Positions 9,393 to 18,817 of a stretch of 64,000 nucleotides of DNA are shown in pieces; positions within the stretch are counted from its first letter, which is position 1; the number at the start of each line of letters is the position of its first letter. The position numbers were made by a program, and so were the translations under genes. Below the pieces are notes generated by a model. That model was not told the origin of the DNA. It made no database searches and saw only the letters and a program-made list of their open reading frames with translations. Origin of the DNA: an uncultured beta proteobacterium (lineage in GTDB: Bacteria > Pseudomonadota > Gammaproteobacteria > Burkholderiales > SG8-39); contig CAWBNB010000017.1 of the NCBI GenBank assembly GCA_963789885.1, positions 13,939-77,938 on the forward strand. The letters run 5' to 3'.

Positions 9393-10301
9393 CTAGCCGG
9401 CGAACCGCGGCTCCGGCAATCCCCGCACGCCGAGCCCGGTCACCTTGAAGAGGCTCCCGGCAAGGAACTGCGGTTTCGCTTCCTTCGCGAAGCGGTCGTG
9501 GACGGCCGGGTGCTTCACCCGCGCCATCGAGGTGACGTACAGCTCGTCGAGCCGGTCGCCGCCGAACATGCAGCTCGTGATGTTCCGCACCGGCATCCCG
9601 ATCCGCCGCTCCACCGATCCGTCCGGTGCGTAGCGGACGAGATCGCCGGAGATGAGCTGCGCGTTCCACACGCAGCCTTCCTCGTCGATCGTCGAGCCGT
9701 CGGCGACGCCGCCGTCGTCCTTGAACGACGCGAAGAGCCGCTTGTTCGACAGCGTCCCGGTCGCGAGGTCGAAGTCGTACGCCCAGTACTCGTCCTGGAA
9801 CGTGTCGGCGAAGTAGAACGTGCGGTCGTCCGGGCTCCAGCACGGCCCGTTCGAGCAGATGATGCCGGAATCGACCCGGGTCACCCGCAGGTCCGGATCG
9901 AGCCGGTACAGGCCGCAGATCGCGAGCTCCTCCTGGTCGTCCATCCCGCCGGCATAGAAGCGGCCGCGGCGGTCGCACTTGCCGTCGTTCAGGCGCGTGC
10001 GCGGCACGTCGGCCTCGACGAGCTGGATGAGGTCGAGCTTCCCGCCCGTGAAGTCGAAGAAGTAGAAGCCGTCGTCGAGCGCGAGCACCGCGCCGCCCGC
10101 CCGGCGCAGCGCCATCGCGCCGACGTCGCGGCCGAGCGACCAGTTCTCGACCTTGCCGGTGCGCGGGTCGAGGCGCCAGATCGACGGCTTGCCGACGCGC
10201 CGACCGGTCCCGTCGACCCAGTACAGCCGGCCTTCCTCCATGTCCCACACCGGTCCCTCGCCGAGGTGGTTCTCGCACTGCAGGACGCACTCGATCTTCA
10301 T
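9393..10301 (-). CDS. SMP-30/gluconolactonase/LRE-family hydrolase (paralog)
   Basis: MKIECVLQCENHLGEGPVWD.. from ATG 10301, which overlaps the upstream stop (ATGA). SNGPCWSPDDRTFYFADT, LYVTSM, tail VRGLPEPRFAG. Confidence 0.85.
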   Translation of the reverse strand: MKIECVLQCENHLGEGPVWDMEEGRLYWVDGTGRRVGKPSIWRLDPRTGKVENWSLGRDVGAMALRRAGGAVLALDDGFYFFDFTGGKLDLIQLVEADVPRTRLNDGKCDRRGRFYAGGMDDQEELAICGLYRLDPDLRVTRVDSGIICSNGPCWSPDDRTFYFADTFQDEYWAYDFDLATGTLSNKRLFASFKDDGGVADGSTIDEEGCVWNAQLISGDLVRYAPDGSVERRIGMPVRNITSCMFGGDRLDELYVTSMARVKHPAVHDRFAKEAKPQFLAGSLFKVTGLGVRGLPEPRFAG

Positions 10302-11221
10302 GCCACCTCGCGCTTGCGCTCGATCCATGCCTGTCCGACAGCGGTCGTCTCGAGCCGGATGCCCGCACCCGCCGCGAACGCTTCGATCGCCCGTCGCGCC
10401 CCCGGCCAGCTGTAGTCGTCGCACACCATCCGCCCGCCCGGCGCGAGGCGCGGGTAGAAATACGCGAGCGCGCCCGCCGTCGGCGCATGGAGATCGACGT
10501 CGAGGTGCACGAAGCGGTACGTCCGCTCGGGCACGCCCGCGAGGGATTCCGGGAGCCAGCCGGGGTGGAATTCGATCGCGGGGAACTCCGCGAGATGCCG
10601 CCTGACGTCGTCGAGCGAGGCGGTGAACGCGCCCTGCACGTTCATGCTGCGCATCCGCCCCGATTGGGCATCCGCACCGGCGATCACGTCCTCCGAGCCC
10701 GGTGCGCTCAGCCCGGCGAACGAGTCGAACACGTGATAGTCCTCGCCCCGGTAGTCGGGCCGTCGCCAGCGCGTCGCGCCGCAGAGGAGGTACGAGGACA
10801 TGCCGCGGAAGCAGCCGCATTCGGCGACCGCCCCCGCCGATTCGGGGGTGCCTTCGAACAGGCGCACCAGGGCGAGCTGGCGGGCGAGGCGCGCGACCGG
10901 CAGCGGCAGCGTGCCGGTCCGCCGCAGGCCCTCGAGATAGAGCGCCTCGAACGCCGCCGGCGGGCGCTCGGTCAGGCGCAGGAGCTCGCCGAACCGGGTG
11001 ACGGCTTCCTCGATCCGGCCCTGCCGGTGCACGCTCTCGATGAGCAGCTGGTGCACGTAGTACGACACCGACTTGGCCGGGAGCGGCACGGGATCGGCGA
11101 CCGACCCGAGGATCACGCCGGCGAGTCCCTCGAGTGCCGCCCATTGCCGCCCCGCGTAGAGCTCGTTCGCCTTCGCGACCGCTTCGACGACGCTCATCGA
11201 CGCCGGCTGGTTGGTAGACAC
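10298..11221 (-). CDS. TylF/MycF-like class I SAM-dependent methyltransferase with helical N-terminal extension
   Basis: 307 aa. ECGCFRGMSS.. / VFDSFAGLS / FVHLDVDLHAPT / DDYSWPG resemble the macrocin-O-methyltransferase (TylF) family. About 110 aa of extra N-terminal helices. Confidence 0.6.
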   Translation of the reverse strand: MSTNQPASMSVVEAVAKANELYAGRQWAALEGLAGVILGSVADPVPLPAKSVSYYVHQLLIESVHRQGRIEEAVTRFGELLRLTERPPAAFEALYLEGLRRTGTLPLPVARLARQLALVRLFEGTPESAGAVAECGCFRGMSSYLLCGATRWRRPDYRGEDYHVFDSFAGLSAPGSEDVIAGADAQSGRMRSMNVQGAFTASLDDVRRHLAEFPAIEFHPGWLPESLAGVPERTYRFVHLDVDLHAPTAGALAYFYPRLAPGGRMVCDDYSWPGARRAIEAFAAGAGIRLETTAVGQAWIERKREVA

Positions 11222-11233
11222 CGGACGCCCAGG

Positions 11234-12211
11234 CTAGTTGTCGAGCCGCGCGCCCGAGACCTTCACCGCCTGCGCATACTTCTCGTCCGCGGCGCGGATG
11301 CGCGCCGCGTACTCGGCGGGCGTGCTGCCGACCGGCTCGATGTCGAGCTGCGCGAACCGCTGCGCGACCTCGGGCGAGCGCACCGCCTGCGCGACCTCCT
11401 GCGACATGCGGGTCACGATCGCGGGCGGCGTGCCCGCGGGTGCAAGCAGCCCGATTTCGGGCGCGAAGTCGTAGCCGGGCACGCCCAGCTCGGCGACCGT
11501 CGGCACGTCGGGCGCGCTCGTCGAGCGCTTGACCGTGCTCACTGCGAGCACCTTCACGCGGCCGGCTTTCACGTGGGCGGCGATCGAGGGCATCGCCGAA
11601 TAGGCGATCGTCACGTCGCCGCCGACCAGCGCGGGGATCGACTGGCCCGTGCCCTTGTAGGGGACATGGACGATCTCGAGGCCGAGGGCACTTTTCAGGG
11701 CTTCCATGCTGAGGTGATGGATGCTGCCCACGCCGGAGGAGCCGTAGTTGAGCACCCCGGGCTTGGCGCGCGCGAGCGCGACAAGCTCGCCGAAATCCTT
11801 CACCGGGACCGCGGCATTGGCGACGAGGAACAGGTTCGCGGTCGCGATCAGCCCGACCGGCACGAGGTCCCGGTTCGGGTCGTAGGGCAGCTTCGCGTAG
11901 AGGTGCGGGTTGATCGCGACCTGGCCGACATCGGCGACCAGGAACGTGTAACCGTCGGGCGCGGCGCGCGCGACCGCCTCGGAGCCGGTGATGCCGCCCG
12001 CGCCCCCGCGATTCTCGATGGTCACCTGCTGGCCCAGGGACTCGGAGACCTTCTGCGCCACTACGCGCGCGATCGTGTCCGGGAGGCCGCCGGCGGAATA
12101 CGGGACGATCCAGCGCACCGGCTTCGACGGATAGCCGTCCTGGGCCGCGGCCGGGGACGACGCGAGCACGAGGGCAAACGCAACAGCGGCGAGCTTCGAC
12201 AGGCGATCCAT
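11234..12211 (-). CDS. Bug/TctC-family periplasmic substrate-binding protein (second copy)
   Basis: ATG 12211 with GGAGGA upstream. MDRLSKLAAVAFALVLASSPAAAQDGYPSKPVRWIVPYSAGG.., VPYKGTGQS. Confidence 0.85.
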   Translation of the reverse strand: MDRLSKLAAVAFALVLASSPAAAQDGYPSKPVRWIVPYSAGGLPDTIARVVAQKVSESLGQQVTIENRGGAGGITGSEAVARAAPDGYTFLVADVGQVAINPHLYAKLPYDPNRDLVPVGLIATANLFLVANAAVPVKDFGELVALARAKPGVLNYGSSGVGSIHHLSMEALKSALGLEIVHVPYKGTGQSIPALVGGDVTIAYSAMPSIAAHVKAGRVKVLAVSTVKRSTSAPDVPTVAELGVPGYDFAPEIGLLAPAGTPPAIVTRMSQEVAQAVRSPEVAQRFAQLDIEPVGSTPAEYAARIRAADEKYAQAVKVSGARLDN

Positions 12212-12305
12212 GACTCCTCCTCGGGGGCGAAATATACGCTGCCCGCCGCCGGCGCTAAAATCCGTCGTGCTGGCGGGTGTGCCCTGCCGGCCCCTCCCCT
12301 CCCCG

Positions 12306-13211
12306 ATGCCCGTTTCCTTCGACGGCAAGCTCGTAGTCGCCATCTCCTCCCGTGCGCTCTTCGACCTGGAGGAGTCGAACCGCGTGTTCGAGGAGGAGGG
12401 GGTGGAGGCCTACCATCGCTACCAGCTCGCGCGCGAGAACGAGATCCTCGCGCCGGGCATCGCGCTGCCGCTGGTGAAGAAGCTGCTCGCGCTCAACACG
12501 CGCCCACCGGTCCGCCCGCGGGTCGAGGTGATCCTGCTCTCGCGCAACACCGCGGAGACCGGCCTGCGGATCATGAACTCGATCCAGCATTACGGTTTTG
12601 ACATCACCCGGGCGGCGTTCACCGGCGGGGAAAGCACCTATTCCTACGTCCCGGCGTTCGACGCGCATCTCTTCCTCTCGGCGAACGGCGAGGACGTCCG
12701 GCGGGCGCTCGACGCCGGCCACGCCGCGGCGCAGATACTGCCGGCGAACGTCGGCCAGAACGTCGAGTGGACCGACGAGCTGCGGATCGCTTTCGACGGC
12801 GACGCCGTCCTCTTCTCCGACGAGGCCGAGCGCGTGTATAAGAAGGACGGGCTCGACGCGTTCACCGCGTCCGAGGTGGAGGCGGCGAAGGAGCCGCTCA
12901 CGGGCGGGCCGTTCAAGAACTTCCTCGCCGCGCTGCATCGCATCCAGTCGGAGTACCCCGCCGACCGCGCACCGCTCCGCACCGCGCTCGTCACCGCGCG
13001 CAGCGCGCCGGCGCACGAACGCGTCGTGCGGACGCTCCGTGCGTGGGGCATCCGCATCGACGAGGCGCTGTTCCTCGGCGGCCTCGAGAAGGGCCCGTTC
13101 CTGAAGGCGTTCGGCGCCGACATCTTCTTCGACGACCAGCACACGCACGTCGAGTCGGCGCGCAAGTACGTCGCCGCCGGGCACGTGCCCTACGGCGTCG
13201 CGAATGAATGA
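12306..13211 (+). CDS. 5'-nucleotidase-family protein (bacterial cN-like, HAD-related)
   Basis: MPVSFDGKLVVAISSRALFDLEESNRVFEEEG.. and C-terminal IFFDDQ..H match my memory of the Pfam 5'-nucleotidase family of about 300 aa proteins. Confidence 0.6.
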   Translation: MPVSFDGKLVVAISSRALFDLEESNRVFEEEGVEAYHRYQLARENEILAPGIALPLVKKLLALNTRPPVRPRVEVILLSRNTAETGLRIMNSIQHYGFDITRAAFTGGESTYSYVPAFDAHLFLSANGEDVRRALDAGHAAAQILPANVGQNVEWTDELRIAFDGDAVLFSDEAERVYKKDGLDAFTASEVEAAKEPLTGGPFKNFLAALHRIQSEYPADRAPLRTALVTARSAPAHERVVRTLRAWGIRIDEALFLGGLEKGPFLKAFGADIFFDDQHTHVESARKYVAAGHVPYGVANE

Positions 13212-13224
13212 CGCGTGAGGTGAC

Positions 13225-15531
13225 ATGAAAGCATTGAAGTGGATTCTCTGGATCGGCGGCGGCCTCGTCGTCCTCCTGCTCGTGGTCGTCGCCATCGTCG
13301 CGATGACGTTCGACCCCAACCAGTACAAGCCGCAGATCGTCGACCTGGTGAAGGACCGGACCGGGCGCACGCTGACGATGGACGGCAAGATCGGGCTGAC
13401 GTTCTTCCCGCGGATCGGCGCCGAGGTCGAGAAGGTGTCCCTGTCGGAGCCGAAGGGCACGAAGACCTTCGCGAAGATCGAGGAGGCGCGCGTCGCGCTC
13501 GCGCTGCTGCCGCTCCTCTCGAAGCAGGTGATCGTCGACCAGGTGACGCTCTCCGGGCTCGCGGTGGATCTCGTCCGCTTCAAGGACGGCCGCACGAACT
13601 TCGACGACCTCCTCGGCGAGAAGAAGCCCGCCGAGAAGCCGGCGCCGAAGGCCGAGGCGCCGGGCGGGCAGCCGCTCGCGATCGACATCGGCGGGATCTC
13701 GCTCCGGAACGCGAGCATCGGCTGGCGCGACGAGGGCGAGGGCACCGACGTGCGGCTCTCGAACGTGAACCTGAAGACCGGCCGCATTGCGAGCGGGGTG
13801 CCGGGCAAGCTCGAGCTCGCGGCGAAGATCGAGGGCAAGCAGCCGCAAGCGGCGCTGCAGGTGAACCTGGACACCGGTTATCGGCTGAACTTCGAGACGC
13901 AAGGCCTGGCGCTGTCGTCGATCGACCTCAAGGCGACGGGCGACGTGCCCGGGCTCGCCGACCTCGACGCGCGGCTCAAGGGCGACACCGTCGACTACGA
14001 CCCGCAGGCCGGCCGCATCGACCTCGCCGGGATCGAGCTCGCCGCCAAGTCGAAGGACGGGCTCGACGCGAAGGTCTCGATCCCGAAGCTCCAGCTCGCA
14101 CCGGACCGGGCCGAGAGCAAGGCGATCACCGGCGCGGTGAAGCTCGTCAAGCCGCAGCAGACGATCGACGCGAAGCTCGCGTTGTCGGCGCTCGAGGCAA
14201 AGGGCAAGCAGATCCAGTTCGCGCGGTTCGACGTCGACCTCGACGCGAAGACGGGCGATCTCGCGGTGCAGGGCAAGCTCGGCACGCCGGTTACGCTCCG
14301 CCTGGACGCGCACGAAGTCCAGCTTCCGGGCATTGCCGGCGACCTTACCGTGAGCGGCCCCAACATCCCGGGAAAATCCCTCAAGGCCGCGGTGAAGGGC
14401 GGCGCGCGCGCGGACTGGGGCAAGCGCAACGCGAACGCGGAGCTCGCCCTGAAGCTCGACGAGTCGAACGTGCAGGCGAAGGTCGCAGTGGCGAACTGGG
14501 CGCAGCCGGCGGTGAACTTCGACGTCGTCGCCGACCGGCTGAACGTCGACCGGTACTTCCCGCCGGGCAAGCCGGGCACGGCGCCGGCCGGGGGCGCGAG
14601 CGGCCCCGCCGGGGGGCACGCCGGCGGTGCGGCCGCGGAGAAGCCGATCGACCTCGCGGCGCTGAAGACACTGAATGCCACCGGCAACGTGAAGGTGGGC
14701 GCGCTCCAGGTGCAGAACATCAAGGCCGACAACGTCGCCGCCGGCATCAAGGCAGCCGGCGGGCGACTCGACGTGAGCCCGATGTCGGCGAACCTCTACC
14801 AGGGCACGCTCGCCGGGGCGGCGACGGTGAACGCGAACAACAACGGCTTCGCGCTGAAGCAGACGCTCACCGGGGTGAGCGTCGGGCCGCTGCTCCGCGA
14901 CGTGGCCAACAAGGACGTCCTCGAGGGCCGCGGCAACGTCGCGCTCGACGTGACCACCGCCGGCAACACCGTTACCGCGCTCAAGAAGGCGCTCGGCGGC
15001 ACCGCGAACGTCGCGCTGCGGGACGGCGCGATCAAGGGGATCGACCTCGCCGGCACGATCCGCAAGGCGAAGGTGATGCTCGGGTCGAAGAGCGCGCTCG
15101 AGCAGGAGGCGAAAGGCAGCGAGAAGACCGATTTCAGCGAACTCAGCGGGAGCTTCGTCATCAAGAACGGCGTCGCGCGCAACGACGATCTCAAGGGCGC
15201 CTCGCCGCTTCTGCGGCTCGCCGGCGCGGGGGAGATCGACATCGGCGAGGGCCGAATGGACTACCTCGTGAAGGCGTCGGTCGTTGCGACGTCGACCGGG
15301 CAGGGCGGAAAGGACCTCGCGCAGGTCGCCGGGATCACCGTGCCGGTCAAGATCACCGGTCCGTTCGACGCGCTCCGCTATAGCGTCGACGTTACTGCGC
15401 TCGCCGCCGACGCCGCGAAGGAGGCGCTCTCGAAGGAACTGGAGCGCCGGCTCGGGGGCGGCAAGGCGGGGCAGCAAGGCGGGAGCGGCGTCGAGGACGC
15501 ACTGCGCGGCCTGTTCGGCCGGAAAAAGTGA
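13225..15531 (+). CDS. AsmA-family outer-membrane biogenesis protein
   Basis: 768 aa. N-terminal anchor MKALKWILWIGGGLVVLLLVVVAIVAM, a long repetitive beta-rich body, and an AsmA-like C-terminus (LRDGAIKGIDLAG.., FVIKNGVARNDDL). Confidence 0.8.
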   Translation: MKALKWILWIGGGLVVLLLVVVAIVAMTFDPNQYKPQIVDLVKDRTGRTLTMDGKIGLTFFPRIGAEVEKVSLSEPKGTKTFAKIEEARVALALLPLLSKQVIVDQVTLSGLAVDLVRFKDGRTNFDDLLGEKKPAEKPAPKAEAPGGQPLAIDIGGISLRNASIGWRDEGEGTDVRLSNVNLKTGRIASGVPGKLELAAKIEGKQPQAALQVNLDTGYRLNFETQGLALSSIDLKATGDVPGLADLDARLKGDTVDYDPQAGRIDLAGIELAAKSKDGLDAKVSIPKLQLAPDRAESKAITGAVKLVKPQQTIDAKLALSALEAKGKQIQFARFDVDLDAKTGDLAVQGKLGTPVTLRLDAHEVQLPGIAGDLTVSGPNIPGKSLKAAVKGGARADWGKRNANAELALKLDESNVQAKVAVANWAQPAVNFDVVADRLNVDRYFPPGKPGTAPAGGASGPAGGHAGGAAAEKPIDLAALKTLNATGNVKVGALQVQNIKADNVAAGIKAAGGRLDVSPMSANLYQGTLAGAATVNANNNGFALKQTLTGVSVGPLLRDVANKDVLEGRGNVALDVTTAGNTVTALKKALGGTANVALRDGAIKGIDLAGTIRKAKVMLGSKSALEQEAKGSEKTDFSELSGSFVIKNGVARNDDLKGASPLLRLAGAGEIDIGEGRMDYLVKASVVATSTGQGGKDLAQVAGITVPVKITGPFDALRYSVDVTALAADAAKEALSKELERRLGGGKAGQQGGSGVEDALRGLFGRKK

Positions 15532-16619
15532 ACCGGCGCTTCGCGCCGGTGATCGTCCGCTGGCAGCGCCGCCACGGGCGCCACGACCTGCCCTGGCAGG
15601 GCACGCGCGATCCGTACGCGATCTGGCTCGCCGAGATCATGCTGCAGCAGACGCAGGTTTCGACGGTCGTCCCGTACTACCAGCGCTTCCGCACCCGCTT
15701 TCCCGACATCGCCAGCCTCGCCGCGGCGAGCGAGGACGAGGTCCTGCGCCTGTGGAGCGGGCTCGGCTATTACTCGCGTGCCCGCAACCTGCACCGCGCC
15801 GCGCAGCTCATCGTCGAGCGACATGCCGGCAAGTTTCCGGAAGCGCTCGCCGACATCGCGAGCCTGCCCGGCATCGGGCGATCGACGGCGGCGGCGATCG
15901 CCGGCTTCGCGTTCGGCGCGCGCTCGGCGATCCTCGACGGCAACGTCAGGCGCGTCCTCGCGCGCCACTTCCTGGTCACCGGGTTTCCGGGCGAGCGCGC
16001 GGTCGAGCAGAAGCTCTGGGCGCTCGCGGAGTCGCTCGTCCCGATGCGCGACAACGCGGCCTACATCCAGGGGCTGATGGACCTCGGGGCGACGGTCTGC
16101 ACGACCCGCGCCCCGCAGTGTCCGAGCTGTCCGGTACGCACGACCTGCGGCGCCCGCGCCAAGGACCGCGTCGGCGACTTTCCCGCGCCCAGGCCGCGGC
16201 GGGCGGTCCCGACGCGCCGTACCTCGATGCTCGTGCTCCGGTACGGCGACGAGGTCATGCTGGAGAAGCGGCCGTCGGTGGGCGTCTGGGGCGGGCTGTG
16301 GAGCTTTCCGGAGCTCGCCCGGGGCGAGGATGCGGGCGCCTTGAGCGCGCACCGCTACGGCTGCGAGACGGGCCGCGTGGAGCGGCTCGGCGTGCTCCGC
16401 CACGGGTTCACCCACTTCGCGCTGCATATCACGCCGGTGGTCGCGGAGGTCCGCCGCGTCGCCTCGCGCGCGATGCAGCCGGGCGTCGTCTGGTTGCCGA
16501 TTGCCGACGCGCTCGGGGCGGCAGTGCCGGTGCCGGTGCGGAAGCTCCTGCGGGCGCTCGACCGGTCAGCGGCGGCCGACCAGCCCACGCTGTTCCAGGA
16601 AGCGGTAGAGGATCTGTAG
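15528..16619 (+). CDS. mutY: A/G-specific adenine DNA glycosylase
   Basis: 363 aa. YAIWLAEIMLQQTQV, HhH-GPD LPGIGRSTAAAIAGFAF, 4Fe-4S cluster CTTRAPQCPSCPVRTTC, NUDIX-like C-terminus. GTG start overlaps the asmA-like stop (GTGA). Confidence 0.9.
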   Translation: MNRRFAPVIVRWQRRHGRHDLPWQGTRDPYAIWLAEIMLQQTQVSTVVPYYQRFRTRFPDIASLAAASEDEVLRLWSGLGYYSRARNLHRAAQLIVERHAGKFPEALADIASLPGIGRSTAAAIAGFAFGARSAILDGNVRRVLARHFLVTGFPGERAVEQKLWALAESLVPMRDNAAYIQGLMDLGATVCTTRAPQCPSCPVRTTCGARAKDRVGDFPAPRPRRAVPTRRTSMLVLRYGDEVMLEKRPSVGVWGGLWSFPELARGEDAGALSAHRYGCETGRVERLGVLRHGFTHFALHITPVVAEVRRVASRAMQPGVVWLPIADALGAAVPVPVRKLLRALDRSAAADQPTLFQEAVEDL

Positions 16620-17172
16620 CCGCGTGATCGCGCCCTCGAGCTCGAGCAGCTTCTGCTTCGCGGCGAGCGGGACGGGCAGGATCTCGCACAGCCGGTAGCC
16701 GACCCACGAGGCGCTGTCGAGCGCGTGCGGCTCCGCGAACACCGCCTCGCTCTTGTCGGCGATCACCAGGCGCAGCAGGTCGGCAAGCGCGGTGTACTGC
16801 TCCGGCAGCTCGGCGTCCTCCTCGTTGGCGATCAGCTCGACCCGGGCGCGCAGGAGGTTCTGCGCGGCGACGGTCGCGTCCAGGATGCGGAAGCGCTGAC
16901 CGCCGAGCGTGCGCAGCTGCAAGCAGCCCGAGCTGCTGCATGTCCCAGCTGGTGATGGTCGCGAGACAACCCACGAGCTCGGGGGTCGCCGGCGCACCGA
17001 CCTCCTTGCCGTTGCGGATCAGGCAGACGCCGAACGGCTGCTCCGCCTTCAGGCACTCGCGCGTCATGTCCATGTAGCGCGTCTCGAAGACCCGCAGCGG
17101 CAGGAGCCCGCCCGGAAAGAGCACCGTGTTGAGCGGGAAGAGCGGCAGGCTGCCGAGGTCGGGCTGGGCCAT
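16566..17172 (-). pseudogene. LON N-terminal (substrate-binding) domain protein with an apparent 1-nt frameshift near 16920
   Basis: The N-terminal part (ORF 16429..17172) reads LPLFPLNTVLFPGGLLPLRVFETRYMDM..ATITSWDMQQLGLL. The C-terminal part continues in ORF 16566..16997 as QLRTLGGQRFRILD... One extra base at about 16920 joins them. Confidence 0.7.
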
Positions 17173-17184
17173 GGCGGGCGAAGT

Positions 17185-17808
17185 CTAGCCCTTCGGGGCG
17201 CGGCCCCAGCGTGCAGAAATCTCGTTTTCCACGCCGAGATGGTCGAGCACGCGGGCGACCACGAAGTCGACGAGATCCTCGACCCGCTGCGGGTGGTGAT
17301 AGAAGCCGGGATTGGCGGGCAGGACGACCGCGCCGGCGCGCGCGAGGCGGGTCATGTTTTCCAGATGGATCACCGAAAGCGGCGTCTCGCGCGCGACCAG
17401 CACGAGCGCGCGGCGCTCCTTGAGCGCCACGTCGGCGGCCCGCTCGATCAGGTTGTCGGCGAGGCCGCAGGCAACCGCCGCGAGCGTGCCCATCGAGCAG
17501 GGACAGATCACCATCGCGTCCGGCGGGCTCGACCCCGAGGCCATGGGCGCGTACCAGTCGTCCCGGCCGTAGACCTGCAGGAGCCCGGGCGTCGCCCGGT
17601 AGCGCTCGGCGAGGAGCGCGGCGGCGTCCTGCGGCCGCGCCGGCAGCGCGAGGTCGAGCTCCTGTTTGGCGACGATCTGCGCCGCCTGCGAGTACACGAG
17701 CGCCACCCGGATGCGCGCGGCGAGGAGGCACTCGAGGAGCCTCAGGCCGTAGGCCATGCCGGACGCGCCGGTCAGCGCGAGCGTGATGTTGCGCGGCACG
17801 GCGGTCAT
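17185..17808 (-). CDS. ubiX: flavin prenyltransferase UbiX
   Basis: MTAVPRNITLALTGASGMAYGLRLLE.., VICPCSMGTLAAVACGLADNLIERAADVALKERR. ATG 17808 overlaps the rapZ stop (ATGA). Confidence 0.9.
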   Translation of the reverse strand: MTAVPRNITLALTGASGMAYGLRLLECLLAARIRVALVYSQAAQIVAKQELDLALPARPQDAAALLAERYRATPGLLQVYGRDDWYAPMASGSSPPDAMVICPCSMGTLAAVACGLADNLIERAADVALKERRALVLVARETPLSVIHLENMTRLARAGAVVLPANPGFYHHPQRVEDLVDFVVARVLDHLGVENEISARWGRAPKG

Positions 17809-18650
17809 CGCGGGCCCGGGAGCTGCCGGTGCCGCACCAGCACCCGCGTCGTAGCGCGGAAGCGCGCTGCGAGTCGCTCGACGAACCACACCGAGCGGTG
17901 CTGCCCACCGGTGCAGCCGAGTGCCACCGTGAGGTAGGCGCGGTTGTCGCGCACGAACGCCGGCAGCCACCGCTCGACGAAGTCGCCGATGTCGGCGAGC
18001 AGCGCCTGCGCCTGGGGCAGGGCCTCGAGGAACCGCACGACCGGTTCGTCGAGTCCGGTCAGCGGCCGCAGCTTCGGGTCGTAGAAGGGGTTCGGCAGGG
18101 TGCGCACGTCGAACACGAGGTCGGCGTCGAGCGGGATGCCCTGCTTGTAGCCGAACGACTCGAACGCGAGCGTGAGGCCGGCCGCGTCGGCGGCGACGAG
18201 GTCCTTGATCCACGCCCGCAGCGCGTTCGGCGCGAGGTCGCTCGTGTCGATGCGCTGGCCGAGCTCGCCGACCTCCTCGAGGAGCGCGCGCTCGCGGCGG
18301 ATCGCCTCGTCGACGGTGGCGTCCGAGCCGGCGAGCGGGTGGGGGCGCCGCGTCTCGGAAAAGCGCTTGATCAGCGTGTCGTTGGCGGCGTCGAGGAACA
18401 GCAGCCGGACGTCGACGCCGAGCGCCTTCAGTGCGCGGATCGACCCGGGCAGCTCGGCGAGCGCCGCGCCGCTGCGCGAGTCCACGGTGACGGCGACGCG
18501 CTCGTAGCCGGCGTCGCGGAGGAAGTCGATCGTCTCGCCGAGCAGCGTCGCCGGCAGGTTGTCGACGCAGTAGAAGCTCGCGTCCTCGAGGACGTTCAGC
18601 GCGACGCTCTTGCCGGAGCCGGAGAGGCCGCTGATGACGACGAGCTGCAT
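17805..18650 (-). CDS. rapZ: RNase adapter protein RapZ
   Basis: MQLVVISGLSGSGKSVALNVLED.. (P-loop), C-terminal GCTGGQHRSV. Conserved position downstream of hprK/ptsN. Confidence 0.9.
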   Translation of the reverse strand: MQLVVISGLSGSGKSVALNVLEDASFYCVDNLPATLLGETIDFLRDAGYERVAVTVDSRSGAALAELPGSIRALKALGVDVRLLFLDAANDTLIKRFSETRRPHPLAGSDATVDEAIRRERALLEEVGELGQRIDTSDLAPNALRAWIKDLVAADAAGLTLAFESFGYKQGIPLDADLVFDVRTLPNPFYDPKLRPLTGLDEPVVRFLEALPQAQALLADIGDFVERWLPAFVRDNRAYLTVALGCTGGQHRSVWFVERLAARFRATTRVLVRHRQLPGPR

Positions 18651-18734
18651 GATGCGGGGAGCATAGCCCACGGGTTCGCCGCCAGCAAACCGGCGGCGAT
18701 CCGTTCAGGCCGCATCCTCAGGTCGCGATCAGGG

Positions 18735-18770
18735 AGGAAAAGACGAGAAGCGCGTGCCGAGGCACGCGCT
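18735..18770 (-). terminator. intrinsic terminator-like hairpin after the psiF-like gene
   Basis: Minus strand: AGCGCGTGCC-TC-GGCACGCGCT (10-bp perfect stem) followed by TCTCGTCTTTTCC. Confidence 0.5.
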
Positions 18771-18817
18771 CCCGAGGGCCGGCTGCCGTTACGCAGCCGC
18801 GAGGGCAGGGCCGCCGA

